64,000 bases of DNA from an uncultured Chloroflexia bacterium (GCA_963819655.1 CAWFXA010000003.1:960001-1024000); one strand, 5' to 3'. Shown: positions 9,347 to 18,674, numbered from the stretch's first letter. Numbers and translations: made by a program. Notes: generated by a model from the letters alone, not told the origin.

Positions 9347-10360
9347 CTAGCCGGCTCGCGCCGGGAACGCCTCGCCGAGCGCCCCCTCGAGGTCCTCGCC
9401 GGTGGGGACGGGCTCATGCCAGCGGTGGACGAGGACGGTGTGGCGACCGACGATCGGGACGTCGCGCGCAGCGATGTAGCGGATGAACACGGCCCCCGAG
9501 TCCGGCACGAGCCACGGTCCCTCGCCGCTCACATGGCCGGTCTGGAGCAGCGTCTCCCATGGCTCGGCTCGGGCGTTCGGTGCGGCGAGCGAGATGTCCA
9601 ACACGGATTTCCCGACGAGATCCTCCGCCGCCCAGCCGATCGCCGCGGCTGCGGCGGCCGTGATGTCGACGATCCGCAAGTCCTCGTCGATCACGTAGAT
9701 GGGCGGCCCGCTTGCGGTCGGCAGGCGTGGCGCGATCTCGATTCCGTCATAGGTCTCGAGGTGGATGCGGTCGCTCCAATCCGCGAGATCCGTGGCATAC
9801 AGGGGCTTCTCCGGGCGGCCACCCGTCGCTCGACGGATCGTGGCCCGGTCGGGCCAGACGCCGACCGTGACGGCTTCGCACTCCCGCCCGATGACGCGGC
9901 GGCCGAGGTGTGACGCGACGAGACCCAGGTCCACGAAGCGCGGCTGCTGGTTTCGCAGCGTCTCGATGAGCCTCGCTTCCTCGTTCGGCCGCGCCCGAAC
10001 CGTCAGGATCCGCAGGTACGCGGACTTCTCGGGTGGCAAGGCCGCAAACGTCCGACCGACGATCTCGTAGTGGACGGCCTGATCGACCTCGAGCGGTAGG
10101 CGCAGGCGGGTCCCGAGGAACCGGTCCTGCTCGTCGATGCCGGTCGCCCGGGCCATGAGGCTCGCGTCACGCCAGACCGTCACGATCGCCGCCTCGACCT
10201 GGCCGTTCTCCCCATCGGCAGACGACCGGCGGGCGCCGACGATCAGGCTATCCAGGCCGGGAACGTCGCGGGCCGCACGTGCCAGGCGACCGCGCACGTC
10301 GACCAGAGCCGTCGCGTCGAGGCCTGCCGGGAACCGACCGAACACGATGCGCAGGATCAT
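9347..10360 (-). CDS. Protein with two ferredoxin/ABM-like domains and a C-terminal PAS domain
   Basis: Two repeats ending VTVW/VGVW...HYE/ETYD; PAS signature IVDITAAAAAAIGWAAEDLVGKSV. Confidence 0.6.
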   Translation of the reverse strand: MILRIVFGRFPAGLDATALVDVRGRLARAARDVPGLDSLIVGARRSSADGENGQVEAAIVTVWRDASLMARATGIDEQDRFLGTRLRLPLEVDQAVHYEIVGRTFAALPPEKSAYLRILTVRARPNEEARLIETLRNQQPRFVDLGLVASHLGRRVIGRECEAVTVGVWPDRATIRRATGGRPEKPLYATDLADWSDRIHLETYDGIEIAPRLPTASGPPIYVIDEDLRIVDITAAAAAAIGWAAEDLVGKSVLDISLAAPNARAEPWETLLQTGHVSGEGPWLVPDSGAVFIRYIAARDVPIVGRHTVLVHRWHEPVPTGEDLEGALGEAFPARAG

Positions 10361-10432
10361 GCTGGCCGAAACGATACTCCTGCGGTGGGGTGGCTCCGGG
10401 CGGCGCTTCGGAGGGCCTGGCAGGCGTCAGGC

Positions 10433-10494
10433 TTGATGCACATTTTCCGCGCCGGAAGCGACCTTTGTCGGTTGATGTGCATGGGCCGCATCAA
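10433..10494. repeat. 62-bp intergenic palindromic element, copy 1
   Basis: TTGATGC...GCATCAA ends; shares TGATG(T/C)GCATGGGCCGCATCAA with 62486-62547. Confidence 0.75.
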
Positions 10495-10671
10495 CGCGCG
10501 TTGTCCGTCCCTCGCTTGGGATGTCGTGGTACCGCCGGCGCGGTCGTCCGTCCCTCGTCCCCGTCCCAGATGCGGCCTGTACGCATCAGCACCGATGGTC
10601 CGAGCGGCAGCCGAACGTGGACATCGGGAGCCGGTGAGGCAGCACAATGACCTCGCCGTGCTGACCCAACG

Positions 10672-11946
10672 ATGACCGCCCTCGACGCCGGCTCGGCGCG
10701 CCGGCGCTACCTCGTCCTCACGGCGCTGCGGTGGCTGCCGGTCGGGCTGCTCATCCCGATCTTCGTGTTGGTGCCGCTGTCGCGCGGGCTGACGCTCACC
10801 GAGATCGGTCTCGTCTTCGCGGTGCAGGGCCTCATCGTCCTGGCGCTCGAACTGCCGACGGGTGGGCTCTCGGATTCGCTCGGTCGGCGGCCGGTCCTGC
10901 TCCTCGCCGGCGGGGTCGCCGTCGTCTCGATGACCATCTTCACCATCGCCGACACGACGGCGATGTTCGTCGTCGCGATGGTGTTCCAGGGCATCTATCG
11001 CGCGCTCGATTCCGGCCCGCTCGAAGCGTGGTACGTCGACGCCACGCTGGCGGCCGACCCAGATGCCGAGATCGAGCACGGCCTCGGGCGTGGCTCGGCT
11101 GTGTTGAGCGTGGCGATCGCGTTCGGGGCACTGCTGTCGGGGGCGCTGGTCGCGCTCCACCCGGTCCCGGGACTCGACCCGCTGACGCTGCCGCTGCTCG
11201 TCGCGCTCGGGCTCCATGTCGTCGATCTCGTGGCCGTCGCGCTGCTCATGACGGAGGTGCCGCAGGCACGGAACCCGCGGGCGATCGCGGCCTCGGTCCG
11301 GGCGGTTCCGGCCGTCATCGGCGAAGGGATCCAGCTGCTCCGCTCGTCGCGGGTGCTGCTCGGGATCGTGCTCGTCGAGGCGTTCTGGGGGTTCTCGATG
11401 GTCACGTTCGAGAGCCTCTTCCCGATCCGGCTGTCGGAGCTCGTCGGCGGTGTCGACGCAGCCGCCGCGATCATGGGTCCGGTGGGATCGGCGGCCTGGT
11501 TCGCATCGGCGGCGGGTGCGGCGGGCATCGTCTGGGTGAGTCGGCGGATCGGGGTCGCGCGGTCGGCCGCTCTGCTGCGGATCGTCCAGGGTCTGACGAT
11601 CGTCGCGATGGGCGTGCTCGCGGGTCCGGTCGGGGTGGTCGCCGCGTACCTCGGCTGCTACGTCGCGCACGGAGCCTCGAACCCGATGCACACGACGTTG
11701 CTGCATCGGCAGGTCGAGGCGTCGCATCGGACGACCGTGCTGTCGATGAACTCGATGGTCTCCCAACCGGCTGGTTCTCTCGGCGCGATCACGTTGTCGG
11801 CTCTCGCGGACGGAACGAGTCTGTCAACGGCGATGATCGTGGGCGGGATCATCTGTGCGATCGCCGCGCCGCTGTACATCCCCGCCTGGCGGCAGGAGCG
11901 CGCGAACAAGGCGTTGGCCGCGGATCGTGGATCCATCGCCGCGTAG
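10672..11946 (+). CDS. MFS transporter
   Basis: LELPTGGLSDSLGRRPVL motif A; about 12 TM helices. Confidence 0.9.
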   Translation: MTALDAGSARRRYLVLTALRWLPVGLLIPIFVLVPLSRGLTLTEIGLVFAVQGLIVLALELPTGGLSDSLGRRPVLLLAGGVAVVSMTIFTIADTTAMFVVAMVFQGIYRALDSGPLEAWYVDATLAADPDAEIEHGLGRGSAVLSVAIAFGALLSGALVALHPVPGLDPLTLPLLVALGLHVVDLVAVALLMTEVPQARNPRAIAASVRAVPAVIGEGIQLLRSSRVLLGIVLVEAFWGFSMVTFESLFPIRLSELVGGVDAAAAIMGPVGSAAWFASAAGAAGIVWVSRRIGVARSAALLRIVQGLTIVAMGVLAGPVGVVAAYLGCYVAHGASNPMHTTLLHRQVEASHRTTVLSMNSMVSQPAGSLGAITLSALADGTSLSTAMIVGGIICAIAAPLYIPAWRQERANKALAADRGSIAA

Positions 11947-11955
11947 ACTCGGGGC

Positions 11956-12828
11956 GTGCCCGAACCTCCGGTCCAGGTCGAGCGGTTCTCTGATGCCCAG
12001 GCCTTCCTCGATGCGGCCGGGCCGTTCCTCGCCGATCGCGAGGCGGAGCACAACCTCCTGTTCGGGATCGCCGCGAACCTGATCACGGACCCGGACCGGC
12101 CGATGACCGCGCCGCCGTATTTCGCCGCGTTCCGGCGGGACGACGAGGTGGTCGCGGCGGCTCTGATGACCCCACCGTTCAATGTCGTCGTGTCGTGCAT
12201 CGACGAACCGGACGCGATACCGGCTCTCGCCGCGGACCTCGATCGTGGCCGCTTCGCCGTTCCGGGCATCACCGCACCGGTCGCCGTGGCGCGCGCGTTC
12301 TCCGAGAGGTGGGCCGAGCGGCACGGCGTCACGGTCGAGCGCACGATGGCCGAGCGGATCTACCGCGTGGAACGTGTCACGAGGCCGGACGACGTTCCGG
12401 GCTCGATCCGGACGGCCACGCCGGACGATCGAGACGTGCTCGTCGAGTGGGTCAGGGAGTTCCTGCGCGAGGCGGTCCATCGGACCGATGATGGCGAGAC
12501 CCAGGCTGTGGTCGACAGCGCCTTGCGGACGGGCTCCCGGACGTTCTACCTGTGGGAGGACGATGGCCGGCCCGTTTCGCTGGCCGGGGTGACCGGACCG
12601 ACGCCGAACGGGATCCGGGTCGGGCCCGTCTACACCCCGCCCCAGGATCGCGGGCGCGGGTTCGCAAGTGCCGTGACCGCGGCCGCGAGCCAGCAGCAGC
12701 TCGACCAGGGTCGCCGCTTCGTGTTCCTGTTCACGGACATCACGAACGCGACCTCGAACAAGATCTACCAGGCGATCGGCTATGAGCCCGTGATCGACAT
12801 CGACCAGTGGAGCTTCGAGCCGGCCTGA
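11956..12828 (+). CDS. GNAT family acetyltransferase (FR47-like C-terminal domain)
   Basis: RVGPVYTPPQDRGRGFAS, LFTD..N.TSNKIYQAIGY. Confidence 0.9.
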   Translation: MPEPPVQVERFSDAQAFLDAAGPFLADREAEHNLLFGIAANLITDPDRPMTAPPYFAAFRRDDEVVAAALMTPPFNVVVSCIDEPDAIPALAADLDRGRFAVPGITAPVAVARAFSERWAERHGVTVERTMAERIYRVERVTRPDDVPGSIRTATPDDRDVLVEWVREFLREAVHRTDDGETQAVVDSALRTGSRTFYLWEDDGRPVSLAGVTGPTPNGIRVGPVYTPPQDRGRGFASAVTAAASQQQLDQGRRFVFLFTDITNATSNKIYQAIGYEPVIDIDQWSFEPA

Positions 12829-13051
12829 CTCGAGCTCGCGCCGCTTGGCGGCGCGCCACGCCCGGCCACCCCAAAACGATTTTCGAACGATTCCGGCCTC
12901 GTCGACGCCCATATAGATAGAGCCCGCGGTTCGCTCCTCCTCCCGCGGCCGCGGGCTGGGACGCACGTGACGCGAGGGCTCGGGCGCGCGACTGGGGGTC
13001 GCCGCCCGAGATCCCTCTTCCGACCCGTCGCGTCCCCTAGACTCACGTTCC

Positions 13052-14302
13052 ATCGAAACCATCGACGCCGCCGGCGCTCGCAGCATCCTTCGCGACCCGG
13101 TCTTTGCTCGGCTGTGGTTCATACAGGCCGCCAACCAGATCGGCGGCAACATGGCGCTCTACGCGCTGACCGTGCTGGTCTTCACCTCGACTCGTTCGAA
13201 CAGCGCGGTCAGTGCCCTGCTGGTGTCGTTCGTGCTGCCACAGATCGCGCTGTCGCCGTTCGCCGGAGTGATCGTCGACCGGCTCGATCTCCGCTGGGCC
13301 CTGGTCGTGCCGAACCTGGTCCGGACCGGACTGACGGCGTGGCTGGCCCTCGCTGGCGCGAACATCCCGATGGTCCTGGCGCTCAATCTCGGGATCAGCC
13401 TGATGAGCGTGGCGCTCACCCCGGCCGAGGGCTCGATGATCCCGCGCGTGGTGCCCAAGCCCCAGCTCGAGACCGCGTTGAGCATCTTCAATCTGACCCT
13501 GCAGGGCTCGTTCGCGATCGGTTTCGCGTTCCTCGGGCCGCTGCTCGTGTCGATCGCCGGGCCCTCGTTCGTGCTGGGTGTCGTGACCACGTTCTACGTG
13601 GCGGCCAGCATCGCCTGCATCGGCCTGCCGAGTGCCCCGCCCATCCCGCCGAAGCCCGGTGAGCAGCGGGAGTCGCTGCGCGAGCCACTCGACCAGCTGC
13701 GCGACGGCTTCCGCGTCGTCCGCCGGGAGTCGTCGATCAGCCGGCCGATCGTGCTGCTCGCCACGGCGACCTCGGTCGCCAGTGTCCTCGGCGTGCTCGG
13801 CCCGTCCCTCGCGACCACCGTCGGTCTCGATCCCGAGCAGCTCGCGGTCGTCCTCGTCCCGCTCGGGATCGGGGTGGTCATCGGCGTGTTCGGCCTGCGT
13901 CGGTTCGGACGCTCGTTGCCGCGTCGACGGGTCGCGGAGGGCGGACTGCTCGTGCTCGCGACTGTGACGACGGCACTCGCCGGGGCCGGCTGGCTCGACG
14001 GGGTGTTGCACGGCCTCGGCGTCGAGATCGGGGCGCTGCCGGTCGTCGTGGTCGTGGCGATGATCGCGGGCGCGGCCTACGCGGTCACGTCGGTCACGGC
14101 ACAGACCAATCTCGTCGAGTCCACTCCCGCCGACGTCCGCGGCCGCGTCTTCGGGGTGCTCGCCTCGATCGTCAGCGCGGCGTCGCTCGTGCCGTCGCTC
14201 GTCGCCGGACCACTGGCCGATCGGGTCTCGACCGGAGCCGCCATCGCGGTCGCGGGGATCGCGCTCCTCGTGATCGGTATCTGGTCGGTTCGGCGACCCT
14301 GA
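13052..14302 (+). CDS. MFS transporter (H+ antiporter/MFS_3-like); start uncertain (ATC 13052 or ATG 13151)
   Basis: PFAGVIVDRLD motif; the in-frame upstream segment ILRDPVFARLWFIQAANQIG is the usual first TM but has no canonical start codon. Confidence 0.8.
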   Translation: METIDAAGARSILRDPVFARLWFIQAANQIGGNMALYALTVLVFTSTRSNSAVSALLVSFVLPQIALSPFAGVIVDRLDLRWALVVPNLVRTGLTAWLALAGANIPMVLALNLGISLMSVALTPAEGSMIPRVVPKPQLETALSIFNLTLQGSFAIGFAFLGPLLVSIAGPSFVLGVVTTFYVAASIACIGLPSAPPIPPKPGEQRESLREPLDQLRDGFRVVRRESSISRPIVLLATATSVASVLGVLGPSLATTVGLDPEQLAVVLVPLGIGVVIGVFGLRRFGRSLPRRRVAEGGLLVLATVTTALAGAGWLDGVLHGLGVEIGALPVVVVVAMIAGAAYAVTSVTAQTNLVESTPADVRGRVFGVLASIVSAASLVPSLVAGPLADRVSTGAAIAVAGIALLVIGIWSVRRP

Positions 14303-14344
14303 CGCACGGCGGATCGGCGCGCCGTTCGACGCGAACCAGGCGGT

Positions 14345-14622
14345 ATCGCCCAGACGACGTCCAGCTGCATCCTGGGCGATCGGCGCGTGCTCGTTCATCG
14401 CCGGAGCGTCACTGGGAGCGACGTTGTCACTGTGAGTGACACGATCGGCACAGCCGTGCACGATCGATCGCCCAGACGACGTCCAACTGCAGCCTGGGCG
14501 ATCGGCGCGTGCTCATTCATCGCCGGAGCGTCACTGGGGGCGACATTGTCACTGTGAGTGACACGATCGGCACAGCCGTGCACGATCGATCGCCCAGACG
14601 ACGTCCAGCTGCATCCTGGGCG
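14345..14622. repeat. Tandem array with 122-bp period containing three copies of a 36-bp palindrome (REP/BIME-like)
   Basis: ATCGCCCAGACGACGTCCAGCTGCATCCTGGGCG(AT) at 14345, 14467 and 14589; the linkers are near-identical. Confidence 0.9.
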
Positions 14623-14928
14623 TCTCGAACCCGCCTGACATCGAGCGGCGGCGACGGGGTCCAGAACGGCGGCGACGGGGCCGAAGCTCCGTCGCCGCCG
14701 ATGAAGGCCGTCTGGGGGCTCGGCCTTCATGGATCCGGCTGGTGGCGCGTCGCCAGATCCGCGCCCGTCGAGTCATGGACTCCGGACGATCGGCCTATCC
14801 TGCACCGCCCGTGGGTGGTCTGGTGCGGTGAGGTGGAGTCTGGGGTGGATGTTTGGTGACCCCGCGCACCATGTTCTGACTGCCGAGACCACGAACCCGG
14901 CCGACCTCGATGTCGTCAGGGCCACAGC

Positions 14929-14958
14929 GAAGGGCGGAGCCCCAACGCTCCGCCCTTC
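14929..14958. terminator. Perfect 12-bp stem hairpin, likely terminator for the ACT gene
   Basis: GAAGGGCGGAGC-cccaac-GCTCCGCCCTTC, about 45 bp past the stop at 15005. Confidence 0.6.
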
Positions 14959-15004
14959 TCGATTCTGCGGTCGGCCAGCCATAGGCGGCCGGCTCGGTCG
15001 ATCG

Positions 15005-15406
15005 TCAGGCGCTCGTCGACCCCGCGTGGGCGATAGCGTTTCGCGCCTTGACGGGGTCGCTCGTGACGAATCCGACTTCGATGTCCTGACCCTGTGTGCC
15101 CATCAGCAGGATCGACTCGACATTGACTCCGGCGTTCGCGAGCTGCCGCGCCGCCTTCGCCAGCGCGCCGGGCTGGTTCTTCATCGTCGTGGACGTGATC
15201 TCCTTCTGCTCGAACGTGAACCGCAGGTCACCGAGGGCCGCCCGCGTCTGGGCGTCGTCGTCGGTGGCGATCGCGATGCGGCCCTTGTCGCCGCAGGTCG
15301 CGCCGCTGACGCTGATCACGTTGACGCCCTTTGCCGCGATCGCCTCCGCGACATCGGCAAGCGCGCCAGGTTTGTCCTCGAGCTCGATCAGGAAGGCATG
15401 CTGCAT
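15005..15406 (-). CDS. Tandem ACT-domain protein
   Basis: EDKPGALADVAEAIAAKGVNV and KNQPGALAKAARQLANAGVNV; GGAG RBS before ATG 15406. Confidence 0.85.
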   Translation of the reverse strand: MQHAFLIELEDKPGALADVAEAIAAKGVNVISVSGATCGDKGRIAIATDDDAQTRAALGDLRFTFEQKEITSTTMKNQPGALAKAARQLANAGVNVESILLMGTQGQDIEVGFVTSDPVKARNAIAHAGSTSA

Positions 15407-15564
15407 GGCCGGCGCTCCTCCGGACACTCGGCCCGTCCGAGGAACCTGTGAGACCCCTCGAGGGCGGGTCGGGAGACTGCTGATTCTACGCCGCGGGTCC
15501 ACCCTGGCCGGCGTTCCCGTCCGCGCCTCCGGCCCGGCCGGGCCCCTGGAACATCCTGAAGGCA

Positions 15565-16920
15565 TCATCTGCCGATGGCCTGAGCGGTCATGTCGAGCGC
15601 GTCGACCTCAGCCTGGTAGATCGCGCCGAGCCGGTCGCCGAGATCCTCGAGGATCGCCGCGATGCGGCTTGGTGGCAGGGGGAAGGCATCGGCGTAGCGA
15701 TCGCGGATCGTCCACGCGGTCCGCGCGGCCGCTGCCGCTCGCGACCGGCCCTGTTCGCCGGCCATCACCGCCTCGTGCAGTGTCTCGACCGCGTCGACCG
15801 CCTCGGCGGCACCGTCGAGATCGGGCGGCACGGCCGCGTCGGCCAGCTCCTCCCATCGGTCGGCGACGCCCCGCCATGCTCGCGCCGCGTCGCCGAGCGC
15901 AGGGTTGTCGAGGGCGACGGCCGCTTCATCGAGGGATGCGGCATACAGCTCCCGCAAGTGCCCACCCCATGGCCCGACCTGGCCGTCGACGCTTTCGTGG
16001 AGAGCCAGAAGCGCCCCGAACAAACCCTGGCCATCGCCGAAGACGCGCGGCCACGCTTTCGCGTTCCGCTGGTCCGTCATCAGGCGGCCCCACTTGCGCC
16101 ACGCCGGGAGCGAGAACGAGTCCGATCGGGAGCGGAGGTGGTCCACCTGGTCCTCGAGGCCCGCGCGCATCGCCGCCCGAAGCCGTTCGGCCGGGATCGG
16201 TCCGGGTGTCGTTCGCAGCCCGACGATCCGGTGCTTGAACGAGCCGATCCGCCCGCGCGCGGTCGCCATCGCGGCCGGTGACACCCGGAATGGGGTCCGG
16301 CCCCGGTCATCCACGAGGTACGAGCCATCGGCGTCACGTCCGAAGACGACCACCACGAGACCGAAGTGTCCCGACAGCGCGTCGGGCAGGCCCCAGGTCC
16401 CGACCGACTGCAGGTCGACTGAGGCGATGACCGGGACGCCGGCGTCCAGGCGGGCGTCGAGCGCCTCACGAGCGCCTTTCGCGCCGCCGGTCTCGTGGAG
16501 GTCGGGCTCGACGCCGAGCCGATCGAGCGTCTTGGCGGTCCAGCCGGGGATCGACGGGTATTGCGGCTGATTCCGGAAGCCGAGCGTGAGGACCGGGCCG
16601 CCGTGGCTCTTGAACTCCCAGAGGATGTAGCCGGCGCCCAGGCCGCCGCCGATGCCGAGGATCGCTGCCTCGGTCAACGGCTCGCCCGTCACACCCGAGA
16701 CGACGCCCTGATTCGCGAGGACGTTGGCCAGCGTGGCTGTCTCCGGGTGCAGGCCGCCGCGCATCCGGTAGCCCGACGGGCTGGCGGCGCCGGCCGTCGG
16801 CTCCGCGTGATGACCGTCCGTGGCGCCCTCGATCAGGGTGCGTCGGGCGGCGGCGTATCGCTCGCCGGTCTTGGCCATGCGCGCACGCACGACCCGCTTG
16901 AAGGCCTTGTTGGTGGTCAT
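15565..16920 (-). CDS. BtrH N-terminal/DUF4872 domain protein with a basic N-terminal helix
   Basis: LTEAAILGIGGGLGAGY motif; N-terminus MTTNKAFKRVVRARMAKTGERYAAARR. Confidence 0.7.
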   Translation of the reverse strand: MTTNKAFKRVVRARMAKTGERYAAARRTLIEGATDGHHAEPTAGAASPSGYRMRGGLHPETATLANVLANQGVVSGVTGEPLTEAAILGIGGGLGAGYILWEFKSHGGPVLTLGFRNQPQYPSIPGWTAKTLDRLGVEPDLHETGGAKGAREALDARLDAGVPVIASVDLQSVGTWGLPDALSGHFGLVVVVFGRDADGSYLVDDRGRTPFRVSPAAMATARGRIGSFKHRIVGLRTTPGPIPAERLRAAMRAGLEDQVDHLRSRSDSFSLPAWRKWGRLMTDQRNAKAWPRVFGDGQGLFGALLALHESVDGQVGPWGGHLRELYAASLDEAAVALDNPALGDAARAWRGVADRWEELADAAVPPDLDGAAEAVDAVETLHEAVMAGEQGRSRAAAAARTAWTIRDRYADAFPLPPSRIAAILEDLGDRLGAIYQAEVDALDMTAQAIGR

Positions 16921-17183
16921 CGGTCAGTTCTCCGTCACGGCCGTCGACGCACGCGCCCACACCGCCACGTCGTCGGCCGGTCGGATGGTCGACCGGTTCG
17001 TCCCGAGGATCTGGATCCCCTTTACCGCCGCATCGCCGCGCCGCGTGGGGGCTCGGTCTGGCAGTCGCGCGCGGGAACGCGCCGTCGCCAGTGTACGACG
17101 CCGAGGAACTAAGTTGCGAGCAGGGTCTGCGTCCCTCACCGGTCCAGTAGCATCCGCCGCGTGATCCGCTTCTCTCCCGCGCG

Positions 17184-17861
17184 ATGACCGCCGACATCCG
17201 TGAGCTGCCACTCCCCGACGCCGTCCTCTTCGACCTCGACGGCACCCTCGTGGACACGGTCCAGACCAGGATCGACGCGTGGCTCGCCGTCTTCGAGGAG
17301 GTCGACCTGCCCACCTCCCAGGACGATCTGGCGCCGCTCATCGGGGTCGATGGCAAACGCCTGGCTCGCGAGGTCGCCGCGCGCGCCGGCCGACCGATCG
17401 ACGACGGGCGCGCCGAGACGATCGACAAACGCTCGGGCGAGATCTACGAGGTGCTCAACAGCTCCCCTCGCCCGCTGCCCGGCGTCCGAGAGCTCGTCGA
17501 GGCGATCGAGAAACGCGGGATCGACTGGGCGATCGCCACGTCGAGCCGCAAGGACCAGGTCACGATGTCGGTCAAGGCGCTCGGCCTCGACACGGAACCG
17601 ACCATCGTCGACGCGAGCCACGTCAAGCACGCCAAGCCCGAGCCCGACTTGCTGCTCCGCGCCGCCGAGGAGGTCGGCGTCGAGCCGGCGCGGACCTGGT
17701 ATGTCGGCGACGCGACGTGGGACATGGTCGCCGCAGTCGCCGCAGGCATGATCCCGATCGGCGTCACGGCCGGCTCGGCTGTCCCGGCGAGCGCGCTGGA
17801 GGGGGCCGGCGCGACGGTCGTCGTCGAGGATCTGCTCGAGATCGCGGACGCGCTCCGCTAG
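17184..17861 (+). CDS. HAD family hydrolase
   Basis: FDLDGTLVD, ATSS, KPEPD and YVGD motifs I-IV. Confidence 0.9.
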   Translation: MTADIRELPLPDAVLFDLDGTLVDTVQTRIDAWLAVFEEVDLPTSQDDLAPLIGVDGKRLAREVAARAGRPIDDGRAETIDKRSGEIYEVLNSSPRPLPGVRELVEAIEKRGIDWAIATSSRKDQVTMSVKALGLDTEPTIVDASHVKHAKPEPDLLLRAAEEVGVEPARTWYVGDATWDMVAAVAAGMIPIGVTAGSAVPASALEGAGATVVVEDLLEIADALR

Positions 17862-18577
17862 CTCGCGGACGCCGCCCGCACCAGGCGAACAGCCTCGGCA
17901 ACGCCGCCGTCCCACGCATCGCCGTGCCCCGGCAGGACCCAGCGCGCGTCGACGGTCTCCAACCGCGCCAACGACGCCAGCGCAGTTGCCGGATCCAGTG
18001 TGAACGGCGCCGGCTGTGGTCCCACCTGACCGGTGAGCACGCTGCGGGTCGTCATCGTGTCGCCGACGAACACGGCACTCAGGCCCGGGACGTGGATCGC
18101 GGCACTCCCCGGGGTGTGGCCCGGCATATGGATGACACGCGGCGAGCCGGGCAGGTCGAGGGTGGCGCCATCATCGAAGGTCACGAGCTCGGTGAGCGGC
18201 GGGACGCGCAGGCCGCCTCGCAAGCCGCTGTACCAGAGGAAGCCGAGCAGCGGACGGATCTTCACCGGCCCCCAGCCGCTCGATGGCTTCTTCACCTCGG
18301 CACGGGCCCGTGCAGCGTCGGCCTCGTGGACATGCACCGGGACGCCGCGCTCACGCCGAAGCCGCTCGGCGAAGCCGACGTGGTCGGTGTCGCCGTGTGT
18401 CAACACGACCGCGCGAACGTCGTCGAGCGACCGACCCATCGACGCCAGTTCCCTGGGTAGGTCGTTCCAGTAGCCGGGCAGCCCGGCATCGATGATCGTG
18501 ACGGCGCCGGCGTCCTCGACGAGATAGCTGTTGACGATGCTCGATCCGAGCCGATGGAGCGAAGGTGCGATCTGCAT
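17858..18577 (-). CDS. MBL-fold metallo-hydrolase
   Basis: THGDTDHVG, PGHTPGS, GD and PGHG. Confidence 0.9.
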   Translation of the reverse strand: MQIAPSLHRLGSSIVNSYLVEDAGAVTIIDAGLPGYWNDLPRELASMGRSLDDVRAVVLTHGDTDHVGFAERLRRERGVPVHVHEADAARARAEVKKPSSGWGPVKIRPLLGFLWYSGLRGGLRVPPLTELVTFDDGATLDLPGSPRVIHMPGHTPGSAAIHVPGLSAVFVGDTMTTRSVLTGQVGPQPAPFTLDPATALASLARLETVDARWVLPGHGDAWDGGVAEAVRLVRAASAS

Positions 18578-18635
18578 CTCGTTGATCCTGACTCCTTGTA
18601 TCTGGCGCGTCTCGGCGCTACCATCTCGTTGTCAT

Positions 18636-18674
18636 GGCTATCCTACATAGCCTTCATGGCTAATGTCAATAGCC
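18636..18674. promoter_or_regulatory. Tandem palindromic operators GGCTA-N7-TAGCC (likely TetR sites)
   Basis: GGCTATCCTACATAGCC (18636) and GGCTAATGTCAATAGCC (18658) between the divergent MBL and tetR genes. Confidence 0.75.

Noticed and set aside
12870-12925. AT-richer patch between the GNAT and MFS genes as a regulatory RNA
   Set aside because: No convincing structure or recognisable motif
14345-14622. CRISPR array
   Set aside because: The spacers are 86 bp and nearly identical to each other, there are only three repeats, and no cas genes are in the window
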